The translations under genes were made by a program, and so were the position numbers. 64,000 nt of DNA from assembly GCA_013387205.1 (NCBI GenBank), contig WARV01000008.1:136-64135 (forward strand), given 5' to 3'. The notes under the pieces were generated by a model that did not search any database, had not been told where the DNA came from, and saw nothing but the letters and a program-made list of their open reading frames with translations. This DNA is from Patescibacteria group bacterium. Its GTDB lineage: Bacteria > Patescibacteriota > Doudnabacteria > UBA920. Shown piece after piece: positions 18,701-26,500 of the stretch; the stretch's first letter is position 1; the number at the start of each line of letters is the position of its first letter.

Positions 18701-19853
18701 TGACAACGGGAATATCTTGAATGTTGCCACTGTTTCAGCCAGCAACGCGGCTTCGCAAAACGCCAGTGCGAATGTTTATGTCTCAACCAGCGTAATCCCA
18801 CCGATTATCCCTCCGAGCAATTATTACTACTACAATAACACCAGCAATAATTGCGTCAATAATTCCTGCAATACAACTACAACTACAACCAATACGTACA
18901 ACAATACCTATTATTACTACTCCAATCAAACCACTCCGGTTCCTTCCGCTGAATTTAGGCAATTAGGAATCAGGAAATTGGTCAGGAATATCAATGGCGG
19001 CACTTTCCAGGAAAGCATTACTGCCAATAACGGCGATATTGTGGAATACGAAGTTGTCGTGACCAACATTGGCAACCAGGTTGTGAATAATGTTAAGCTG
19101 ACTGACAGCAGCAACAACGGCGGTTTGTCTTGGACCAATTCCACTTATGTGGATGGCAGCCAGGCAACTTGGAATGGCAACGCTTTGTATTTGGGAAGCT
19201 TGTTCACTGGACAGCAAAAGCGCGTAGTTTATCAGGCCAGGGTGAATGGCGCTTCGGGCGCGAGCATCCAGAATATCGCAGTCGCTTCGGGAGACAATAC
19301 CAACTCTGTGCAGGATAGCGCTTGGGTATTCATTAGCGGCGTGGCCGGCAGTAATGTCAATTTGACTTACAGCAAGCGCGCGTTCAATGACACTAAGAAT
19401 GTCGATGCGACTACAATACCGGCTAATAGGGAAGAATATATCACTTACACTTTGACTGTTTTTAATAACGGTAACGCTCCTGCCAACAACTTTGTCATTT
19501 CCGATGATTTGTCCCAGGTCCTGCCTTACGCGGATTTGGCTGACAACGGCGGCGGTACGATTTCCGGAAACGTTATCAGCTTCCCGGGGATTACGGTTCC
19601 GCAGGGCGGCAGCGTGCAAAGGAGTTTCAAGGTCAGGATTAAATACCATTTGGCCGAGAACTTGAATTACGTGATGACCAACACTTACGGAAATACCGTA
19701 ACTATAAACATCAACACCCCGCAGGTTAAGGGAGCGTTCATTGCCCCAAGGACCGGCGCAGATACTATGGCTTTGGCCTTCGGCGGATTACTCACATCAG
19801 CCTTTGCGTTGATTAAAAAGAGAAAGTATTTAATGACTTTGATCTTTACCTAA
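15735..19853 (+). CDS. Large cell-surface protein with Ig/PKD-like and DUF11 repeats and an LPxTG-like sorting signal
   Basis: Signal peptide; repeats L.C.P....V......F.A.GG...Y.W; DUF11-like units (ISKEVRN..GD.V.Y.I.V.N.G); C-terminus APRTG + hydrophobic stretch + KKRK. Confidence 0.88.
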   Translation: MNQMFSKISIKTAFLAAFAVLALLALAPRKIDITQAESCSNPPTHPAFNVYQIDFSGSGCTDYPTMMARVLRNGQEIQGYQSVYNSGANAQAGDELDVVVYVHNGAAENLDPEQTTARGIYLNTTVDGTFEPEHTISVTVTSQNAATVNGAFGIHTASNEALQVIPNSGAVYERGNPNAIQSGLNIGDNSFSLGDMHACYQYLRFVHFRVKVVAKQVQPTANISAQVGSQVNGQCLLNGSVTWSSENVTNPRVYVKDVNDNFEQLLASAPNGTSDTPWLKPNDSYIFTFRGDNIQDKTANVTTGNLSCAVPPAGKNTITAQAGNQIGAQCLRDGTVSWTNASNVSIVEVTVQDITTSSPVNSITGPAGFPNSSSDTPWLTPGDTFRYILYDTTNGQHTELARYDLNVPTLNCVVTPPVSYTLTTNKTDYCVGDIPQYTITSSPALAGKKILWSSFFNGQPTGEINTDYGFYLDANGFWSAYGSGWYSKDIGSWVKEANIDGVKKSVSFTVRNCAAPVPTLTCTPENQTTDIGTIVFFTANGGTSPYTFTAPEGVNSFPNGSSGFHTTYFSAGDKVVTVKSTDGQTAICNVHVKTPPSQTLVCSPSSQTVNVNQSALFSATGGKGSYTWIANGGSPASGAGGSFSTQYASSGSKTVTVASSDGQTANCYVQVSPPIEQNLVCTTLTPSVDINQTANFSATGGNGSYSWSAVEGYPSSGVGNSFSSKFATSGSKTAVVTSGSKTATCYVQVSQPVVQKGVLQISKEVRNVTSGGDFSHTAFANQNDIVEYRIKVSAATNVVLQNVKVTDTSNSGIAYVDGTLTQDGAVHAPGLTSGGIIISQVGQTPVVFTYRAKVLINSGSVINTASASADNAINTPYDQAVVTVTFIQPGQPSMTITKQVMNVTKNTGFSSSVSATKGDTVKYQIVVSNVGNADATNVFVNDSNPIGNITGLTVSRSGFGGTFGASGISLGTLAKGESVTITYSGTVNIDNGNILNVATVSASNAASQNASANVYVSTSVIPPIIPPSNYYYYNNTSNNCVNNSCNTTTTTTNTYNNTYYYYSNQTTPVPSAEFRQLGIRKLVRNINGGTFQESITANNGDIVEYEVVVTNIGNQVVNNVKLTDSSNNGGLSWTNSTYVDGSQATWNGNALYLGSLFTGQQKRVVYQARVNGASGASIQNIAVASGDNTNSVQDSAWVFISGVAGSNVNLTYSKRAFNDTKNVDATTIPANREEYITYTLTVFNNGNAPANNFVISDDLSQVLPYADLADNGGGTISGNVISFPGITVPQGGSVQRSFKVRIKYHLAENLNYVMTNTYGNTVTININTPQVKGAFIAPRTGADTMALAFGGLLTSAFALIKKRKYLMTLIFT

Positions 19854-19903
19854 AATAGAATTTTGAATTCTGAATTTGGAATACAGAATTAAGAACAAAA
19901 AAC

Positions 19904-19936
19904 AAAGGGCATTCCGATTTATCGGAATGCCCTTTT
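19904..19936 (+). terminator. Intrinsic terminator
   Basis: AAAGGGCATTCCGAT-TT-ATCGGAATGCCCTTTT. Confidence 0.8.
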
Positions 19937-19947
19937 ATGGTATTTTA

Positions 19948-20140
19948 ATCTCCCTTAATCCCTCCTTTGAATAGGAGGGAAACTCTGCAGATCTCTCCCG
20001 TGTCTTAGGAGAGGTTAGGTGAGGGTATTATAAGAAATTTAAACGGCTAAATCCTAGGAAATCTACGATTTTGCCGTTTATTTTTATGTGCATCTGGATC
20101 CCGGATAACCCATCGGATGCTCTTCGGGATTCCGGGATGG
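19948..20140. repeat. Cluster of palindromic elements (CCCTCC..GGAGGG double hairpin; GGCTAAATCCTAGGAA hairpin; CTGGATCCCGG..CGGGATGG)
   Basis: The last two recur in the same order at 60447-60550. Confidence 0.7.
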
Positions 20141-20237
20141 GACGGTGGTGTAAAAGATGGTCATTGACAATAATTACTATCTGAACTTTGACGTTCTTAA
20201 TGAATTATGAGAAAATTATTTATACCAACAAAATAAA

Positions 20238-20741
20238 ATGTATACAAAAGAAACAAATTTTGCATTCGTAGATAGCCAGAATCTAAACCTGGGGATTAAA
20301 AGCTTGGGGTGGGATTTAGATTTTAAAAAATTCAGAATATATTTACAAGAAAAATATCATGTAAAAGTGGCGTATCTATTTATCGGCTACATGCAGCAAA
20401 ACCAAGACTTGTATGCCCAGCTACAAAAGTATGGTTACGTGTTAATATTCAAACCCACCCTGCCTGACAAGGACGGTAAAATTAAAGGGAATGTAGATGC
20501 TGATTTGGTTTTGCAAGCAATGATAGATTTAAAAAATTACGACCAGGCGTTAATAGTTACTAGTGACGGAGATTTCTATTCGTTAGTTAAATATTTATAT
20601 GAACAGGAAAAATTAAAATTAGTAATAAGCCCTTATGTAAAGACCTGTTCCTCCTTGCTTAAGAAGTCCGCTAAAGAAAAGATTGTATTTATGGATAATC
20701 TGAAGGGAAAACTGGAATATAAAGGAAAAAGCACCGCTTAA
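20238..20741 (+). CDS. NYN domain protein (LabA/DUF88 PIN-fold nuclease)
   Basis: FVDSQN, KGNVDADL, TSDGDF; AT-rich. Confidence 0.9.
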   Translation: MYTKETNFAFVDSQNLNLGIKSLGWDLDFKKFRIYLQEKYHVKVAYLFIGYMQQNQDLYAQLQKYGYVLIFKPTLPDKDGKIKGNVDADLVLQAMIDLKNYDQALIVTSDGDFYSLVKYLYEQEKLKLVISPYVKTCSSLLKKSAKEKIVFMDNLKGKLEYKGKSTA

Positions 20742-20767
20742 GGACGAAACCTTAAGAGGTGCTTTTT
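20726..20767 (+). terminator. Hairpin overlapping the NYN stop codon
   Basis: AAAAAGCACC-G-CTTAAGG-ACGAAA-CCTTAAG-A-GGTGCTTTTT. Confidence 0.65.
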
Positions 20768-20993
20768 CGTATGTATTCTACGTATATTATAGACGGTTTA
20801 TAGGTGTTTGTCAATACACAGAAAAAAGCTTGCATTATTTTTAATTGATGTTATTATAAAGTTAGAGAAAATTTTAGGCTTTAGACCTATCAAAAACCAA
20901 AACAAACCACAGCATAATATTCATATTGCTGTGGAATTTTTATAAATATTTAGTTTATTCCTAAATCTTATATCTTAAATCCTAAATTCAAAA

Positions 20994-22172
20994 ATGGACA
21001 ATAATTATCTCAATGATTTAATTAATGAAACGCAAAGCAGGGGAGGTGGGTTGCTTTTGAATTTTAACGAAAAGCCTGCAGTAGTAGTGCTGACAGTTGA
21101 AAAATATAACGAGTTGCTGCAAAAACCGGATGTGGTTTTTAAGCAGCAGATGGTTTTGGGAGACATGGCTGAACAGGTTTCTGAAAAAGGAAAAATTTTG
21201 GTGACCGGCGGGGCAGGGTATATTGGTTCACACCTTGTCAGGCAATTATTAGAGCACGGATACGAAGTAGTGATTTTGGATAACTTAAGCACCGGGAAAA
21301 AAGAGAATATTCCGGCAGGCGCGAGTTTTATTGAAGGAGATTTGAAAGATGTGAATTTGTTGCGCGATATTTTTGCCGCGCATCGCATTAGTGCGGTCGT
21401 CCACATGGCGGCCAGCATCGAGGTTGAAGAGTCTGTCAGGGAGCCGGAAAAATATTTTGAAAACAATGTGGGTAACACGGAAAAGCTGCTGGTCGCCATG
21501 AACGAGGCTGGCGTAAAAAAAATAATTTTTTCTTCCACCGCAGCAGTTTATGGGGAGCAGGAAAAAATGCCGATTACGGAAAATTCCCCGGCCAGGCCGA
21601 ATAATCCATACGGCTATACCAAACTTTTGGCGGAAAAAGCCATAAAGTATTACACGAAATACGCCGGGCTGAAAGCGATAATTTTCAGGTATTTCAATGC
21701 CTGTGGCTGTGATTTTGACGGGTCTATTATTCCAACACACGAATCGCATTTAATCCCAATAGTATTAGAAGTTGCCAAGGGCATAAGACCGCACCTGCAA
21801 GTGTATGGCGGCGATTATAAAACTTTTGACGGCACATGCATTAGGGACTACGTGCATGTCTTGGATATTGCCAAAGCGCACGTTGCTGCTTTGGAAAAAA
21901 TTGACGGAATGGATAATTTTAATATAATCAACATCGGCACAGGCCGCGGCAGCAGCGTTAAAGAAGTCATAAATGCGGCATCAGAAGTTTTAAATAAAAT
22001 TATTCCCATGGAAATCGGCGCGCGAAGGGCCGGTGATTCTGTAATCACGGTTGCGGATAATACAAAGCTAAAACAAATTCTCGGATACGAACTCAAGCAT
22101 AGTGACCTTGAAACCATTATTAAGACTTCCTGGAATCAGATTAGCAATAAAGTTTCAGCTGCCTTATCTTAA
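20994..22172 (+). CDS. galE: UDP-glucose 4-epimerase with a ~65-aa N-terminal extension
   Basis: TGGAGYIGSH, SSTAAVYG, YGYTK, RYFNA, DGTCIRDYVHV. Confidence 0.93.
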   Translation: MDNNYLNDLINETQSRGGGLLLNFNEKPAVVVLTVEKYNELLQKPDVVFKQQMVLGDMAEQVSEKGKILVTGGAGYIGSHLVRQLLEHGYEVVILDNLSTGKKENIPAGASFIEGDLKDVNLLRDIFAAHRISAVVHMAASIEVEESVREPEKYFENNVGNTEKLLVAMNEAGVKKIIFSSTAAVYGEQEKMPITENSPARPNNPYGYTKLLAEKAIKYYTKYAGLKAIIFRYFNACGCDFDGSIIPTHESHLIPIVLEVAKGIRPHLQVYGGDYKTFDGTCIRDYVHVLDIAKAHVAALEKIDGMDNFNIINIGTGRGSSVKEVINAASEVLNKIIPMEIGARRAGDSVITVADNTKLKQILGYELKHSDLETIIKTSWNQISNKVSAALS

Positions 22173-22200
22173 GAAACCAAAATATAAAAGGAGGATGTTG

Positions 22201-22395
22201 ATGGGTAACACCAAAGAAGAAAGATGTAAGATTTTGTATATGGAAAACGGCAAGCCTCAGGAGTGCGGTGGAAAAATTGAGCCGGCAGATTTCAGGGTGC
22301 CGGCTAATCCCCATAACCCGCTTCATGGTGGCGTTTTGGGGAAGCCTTTTCTATACAGGTTTTGTACCAAATGCCATGTTTTAACGAGCGGCTAA
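22201..22395 (+). CDS. Small putative Zn-binding protein (64 aa)
   Basis: AAGGAGG SD before ATG 22201; C-x12-CGG...CxxC; followed by a terminator. Confidence 0.6.
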   Translation: MGNTKEERCKILYMENGKPQECGGKIEPADFRVPANPHNPLHGGVLGKPFLYRFCTKCHVLTSG

Positions 22396-22415
22396 AGATA
22401 TGCCGTAATAAATAC

Positions 22416-22457
22416 CGCCGCTTTCTCACTGTGAATGTGAGAAAGCGGCGTTTTTTT
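22416..22457. terminator. Terminator between convergent ORFs
   Basis: CGCCGCTTTCTCAC...GTGAGAAAGCGGCG-TTTTTTT. Confidence 0.8.
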
Positions 22458-22467
22458 GGTTCCCGAA

Positions 22468-23070
22468 TCAGTTGCTATATAGCAGTTGATGGCCTCTCGC
22501 AATCGTTTGCAGGTTTTCGGCTTCGCGGCACGCGCCGCCAAAGTTGTGGTGGGTTTTCACCTCCTGGATGACTTTGGTCGCTTTCCGGTAAATACTGGCC
22601 ATCAAGCAGAACCTCGTTGCCATGTCGCAGAAAGTGAGAACGTTCCTTCCAAAGCAGCAGTTGGAATAAATATCATAAATCATCCAACTGTACTTGTCGT
22701 TTCCGCCGTACGTAACCTTGCCGTCGGAAATTTTAATCTCACAAGCACTGTTGGTGATTCCACTGCGCACAGTGATGGTCACTTGCGAAATCATTTCACT
22801 TATAGGCAAGATATCGATCTTGTCATTGACCAAAGGCCTGTTCCAGCTTGTTAGCTGATCGAACGTTCCATAAATCTGGGATGGGCTTATAACCATCTCA
22901 GTTTCCAACTCTCTGGTCGGCAGGAGTTTTTTACCTAGGATTATGCCCTTTTGCTGGTTTGGGACAATGCGGAAGCGCAACTCACGGAACTGATCGAGTG
23001 TTTCCTGGTAAAACCGTTCCTCGAATTTCGGAGGAATTATCGGGTGCGTCAAAAGGCTCAGGTTAACCAT
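22468..23070 (-). CDS. Hypothetical protein (~200 aa)
   Basis: Purine-rich SD (GAGGAAAGG) before MVNLSLL; the longer upstream ORF extension runs through a repeat element. Confidence 0.6.
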   Translation of the reverse strand: MVNLSLLTHPIIPPKFEERFYQETLDQFRELRFRIVPNQQKGIILGKKLLPTRELETEMVISPSQIYGTFDQLTSWNRPLVNDKIDILPISEMISQVTITVRSGITNSACEIKISDGKVTYGGNDKYSWMIYDIYSNCCFGRNVLTFCDMATRFCLMASIYRKATKVIQEVKTHHNFGGACREAENLQTIARGHQLLYSN

Positions 23071-23249
23071 ATTGCCTTTCCTCTTTCTTGTTTTGCCGCT
23101 GTTAAGCGGAACGACAGAAATTTTTAGGACCTGTCGCACATCCCGTTTGAGTAGCAATATAATACCATTTATGTCTTTGTTAATCAATCCTGTGTTACAA
23201 AACAGCAAATTTGTCGTTATATTATATATAATGCGAAATAGGATCAAGT

Positions 23250-23491
23250 TGTCATTACGAGGAGCCCGCAGGGCGACGTGGTAATCTTTGTACCATGATA
23301 AGATTGCTTCGGTCGGATGCCCCAAAGGGGCCTCTTTGAGGCACTCCCTCGCAATGACATTGCTTGTTTGCTGTCATTGCGAACCCTGATATTTTATAGC
23401 TTTTAAATATCATGGTGAAGCAATCTGTTTAAGAGATTCTTCGCTACGCTCAGAATGACGCCTGAGGAGTAGTGGATTCGCTCGCAATGAC
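23250..23491. repeat. Two tandem RPE/REP-like GTCATT...AATGAC elements
   Basis: 23250-23359 (with GCCCCAAAGG micro-hairpin) and 23372-23491. Confidence 0.85.
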
Positions 23492-23544
23492 GATAAAAAT
23501 TCGCATTAAAACATCAATTATGATATAATAATGGAAACTAATTT

Positions 23545-23646
23545 ACCCCGCACACCAATTTTCACCAGGTTTTGATATATATCAAGACTAATTATAATCG
23601 GTGAGTATTCAATACGCACGATATTAAATGGTAATTGGTGTGGGGT
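23545..23646. mobile_element. MITE-like element with ACCCC(GC)ACACCAATT terminal inverted repeats
   Basis: ACCCCGCACACCAATT ... AATTGGTGTGGGGT; no clear target-site duplication. Confidence 0.55.
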
Positions 23647-23658
23647 CAAGACAAAAAT

Positions 23659-24393
23659 ATGAAAAAATTATCCGTGGTTATTCCCGCCTATAACGAAGAG
23701 CAACGCATTGCCAAAACTTTGCTTGCCGTAGGCGAATATTTATCGAAACAAAATTACGATTACGAGATTTTGGTGGTTAATGATGGCTCAAAAGACAACA
23801 CCGCAGGAGTTGTCAGGGCGCAGATGGATAAAATAAAAAACCTGCATTTAATTGACCATCATGAAAATCATGGCAAAGGCTGGGTGACAAAAGACGGCAT
23901 GCTGCATGCAAACGGCGATGTACGCGTATTTTTGGATGCGGATAATTCCACCAAAATTGATGAAATTGGCAAAATGCTGCCATTTTTCGACCAGGGTTTT
24001 GATATTGTGGTCGGCTCCAGGCGCATAGAAGGTTCGCATTTAGATGTTAAGCAGAATTTTCTCAGGGATACTTTGGGCGGAATTTTCAGGCTGATTGTGC
24101 ATACCGTGGTACCAGTCGGCGTCACTGATACCCAATGCGGCTTTAAGGCTTTTTCCGCAAAATCAACCGAAGCCATTTTTCCCAAACAGACAATTTTCCG
24201 CTGGGCTTTTGACGTAGAGATTCTGGCTTTAGCCAGAAAGCAGGGTTTTAAAATAAAAGAAGCACCGGTTACTTGGGTTAACGACGGAGCCAGCCATGTT
24301 AAGCTCTCCGGAATGATTAAAATGCTTTTGGAAATAATACAGATCCGATTTAATTTGTGGTGCGGAAAATACAATAGTAATGACAAAAATTAA
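23659..24393 (+). CDS. GT2 glycosyltransferase (dolichyl-phosphate beta-glucosyltransferase-like)
   Basis: SVVIPAYNE, VNDGSKD, FLDAD, DTQCGFKAF, FDVEIL. Confidence 0.92.
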   Translation: MKKLSVVIPAYNEEQRIAKTLLAVGEYLSKQNYDYEILVVNDGSKDNTAGVVRAQMDKIKNLHLIDHHENHGKGWVTKDGMLHANGDVRVFLDADNSTKIDEIGKMLPFFDQGFDIVVGSRRIEGSHLDVKQNFLRDTLGGIFRLIVHTVVPVGVTDTQCGFKAFSAKSTEAIFPKQTIFRWAFDVEILALARKQGFKIKEAPVTWVNDGASHVKLSGMIKMLLEIIQIRFNLWCGKYNSNDKN

Positions 24394-24468
24394 AAAAATG
24401 ACAAGATTGACATAAATAATCTGCAGTTAATATTTTGTCATTTCCGTCGTTTTTGTCATTTTTGTCAA
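24379..24468. repeat. Family E periodic inverted repeat (ATGACAAAA); also at 31741, 36145, 40748 and 46022
   Basis: AATGACAAAAATTAAAAAAATGACA...TTTTGTCATTTTTGTCAAT; supplies the GT2 stop codon. Confidence 0.85.
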
Positions 24469-24478
24469 TAAAAATATA

Positions 24479-26344
24479 GTGGAAAAAGAAATAAGGAAAA
24501 AATCTAGACACAAATATCAGGCATTGCTGTCGATAGTATCGATTGGTTTTTTTGTCTTGTCTGTTTTTCCTTTAGCTGCATCGGCAAGTTCTCCGTCACC
24601 GAAAGATTATATAATCAAGTTGTCCTCAAATGCCAATCCAAAAGTGTTGGATTACGTGGCAGACAAAACACAGCGGCTTTTTGAGTTTTCGTATGATGAT
24701 AATTTTAAGAATATATACGCGCTAAAATCGCCTTTTGCCAAAAGCGAAATTGAAAAAGAATTAAATGGCCAGTTTGAATATCTGGAAGAAGAAAAGCCGT
24801 TGAACGTTGCGGATGTTTATGTCAACGATCCCGGATTTACATCCCGCGCAGAAGACACGGACAAGCAATGGGGACTTGCCAAAACCGGATTCAACCAGGT
24901 TTGGGAAAAAACAACGGGGTCGTATAACAACATTGTTGCGGTAATTGATACCGGCATAGACGAAACTCACGAAGATTTGCAGGCAATAAATTTTGTTGAA
25001 GGTTTTGATTTTGTCAGCCGCCAGAAAATAACCGGACGGGTCAATTCCGACAATAACGGGCATGGCACGCTGGTTGCCGGAGTTTTGGGCGCCACTGCCA
25101 ATAACGGGCTCGGCATAACCGGGACCAACTGGATGACAAGCTTGATGCCTCTTAAAGCTTTAGATGACCGCGGCAAGGGCGAATCGGCTTTGATTTCCGA
25201 AGCGATTGTCTGGGCAGTAGATAACGGCGCAAAATTCATAAATTTAAGCGTGGGCGGGGTCGGATTCGGGCACGATACGACATTGGCCAACGCAATTTCT
25301 TACGCGTTCGAAAAAGGCGCGGTAATCGTTTCCGCAGCCGGCAATGATACTTCGTCGCAAGGCATTAGCCTCGACGACGAGCCGGTTTACCCGATTTGCG
25401 ACGACAACAACCAGAATATGGTAATTGGCGTGACAGCTACTGACAGCAATGATTTAAAACCGGAATTCGCGAACTACGGGAAAAATTGCATAGACGTTGC
25501 CGCACCAGGAAAAAGGATCCTTTCTACCATCAATTACGACCCTTTAACCAAAAAGCCGGCGCCGAATTCATACGCATACGCTTCCGGAACTTCTTTGGCC
25601 GTGCCTTTCGTGGTCGGCCAGGCTGCTTTGATAAAATCTTTGCATCCGGAATTTACCAACGTGCAAATTCGGGACAAAATCCTCTCCACGGCCGACCCGA
25701 TAGATAATTTGAACATAAGCCAATGCAAGGGGGTGTCCTGTAAAGGAATGCTTGGCGCGGGCCGGATTAACGTCAAAAAAAGTTTGGAAAGCCAGACTGT
25801 GGCAATTGCGTTAAACGAGGGAGATTTAGTTAAAATGGATAGTAATAATGCCGTGTATCAGATTTCCGGCGGGCAAAAAAGGCTGGTATCGACTTTTGTC
25901 CTAAACCAGCAGTTTTCCAATGCCTATATTAAGCCTGTGACGCCAGACGCGCTGGCTAACATGCCGGATGGCCCTTATGTCACGCCAAAAGACGGCACGC
26001 TGGTGAAAATCGAGAATAACCCGACTGTTTTTTATATGTCCAAAGGACAAAAGCTTCCTATTACTTACAACGTATTCAAGCAAAGGCAGTTGAGTTTTTC
26101 GAATATTAACACGGTCAGCTTTTCAGAATTGAATTCATGGGTCACTGGATCTTTTTTGCCGCCTTCAGAAGGCACGCTGGTGAAAACTGCCAGGAATAAA
26201 ACAGTGTATTGGGTAGTGGGGGATGCGCTGCATGCGATTAATTATGCTTTTTACGTGCAAAAAGGTTTAAATATCTTTCCGGTATTGGTCTTGCCGGATA
26301 AAGACATAGCCGGATTTCCAAAAGGAGAAACGTATTTAAGATAA
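24479..26344 (+). CDS. Secreted S8 subtilisin-like protease with C-terminal (E/D)GTLVK..TVY repeats
   Basis: Triad motifs VIDTG, HGT, SGTS; AAGN. Confidence 0.93.
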   Translation: MEKEIRKKSRHKYQALLSIVSIGFFVLSVFPLAASASSPSPKDYIIKLSSNANPKVLDYVADKTQRLFEFSYDDNFKNIYALKSPFAKSEIEKELNGQFEYLEEEKPLNVADVYVNDPGFTSRAEDTDKQWGLAKTGFNQVWEKTTGSYNNIVAVIDTGIDETHEDLQAINFVEGFDFVSRQKITGRVNSDNNGHGTLVAGVLGATANNGLGITGTNWMTSLMPLKALDDRGKGESALISEAIVWAVDNGAKFINLSVGGVGFGHDTTLANAISYAFEKGAVIVSAAGNDTSSQGISLDDEPVYPICDDNNQNMVIGVTATDSNDLKPEFANYGKNCIDVAAPGKRILSTINYDPLTKKPAPNSYAYASGTSLAVPFVVGQAALIKSLHPEFTNVQIRDKILSTADPIDNLNISQCKGVSCKGMLGAGRINVKKSLESQTVAIALNEGDLVKMDSNNAVYQISGGQKRLVSTFVLNQQFSNAYIKPVTPDALANMPDGPYVTPKDGTLVKIENNPTVFYMSKGQKLPITYNVFKQRQLSFSNINTVSFSELNSWVTGSFLPPSEGTLVKTARNKTVYWVVGDALHAINYAFYVQKGLNIFPVLVLPDKDIAGFPKGETYLR

Positions 26345-26493
26345 ATTAACCTAATTATTCTAATTGCTCTAATTGACCCCGTGTCAGGCACGGGGCAGGC
26401 TCTAAATAAATCACAATACCCAAATCCAAAATTAAAAATTAGGTATTAGGATTTGATTAGACTAATTAGGTCAATTAGGTTAATTAGAAATTT
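26344..26493. repeat. Family A periodic IR with nested CCCCGTGTCAGGCACGGGG hairpin
   Basis: Right arm 42/44 identical to 3003-3046. Confidence 0.85.
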
Positions 26494-26500
26494 GCAGTCT

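Noticed and set aside
16062-19649. Long minus-strand ORFs (287 aa, 228 aa)
   Set aside because: Shadows of the surface protein; no motifs or start signals.
23071-23325. N-terminal 85 aa of the 285-aa ORF
   Set aside because: Reads through an RPE-like repeat and promoter region; the SD-led start is at 23070.
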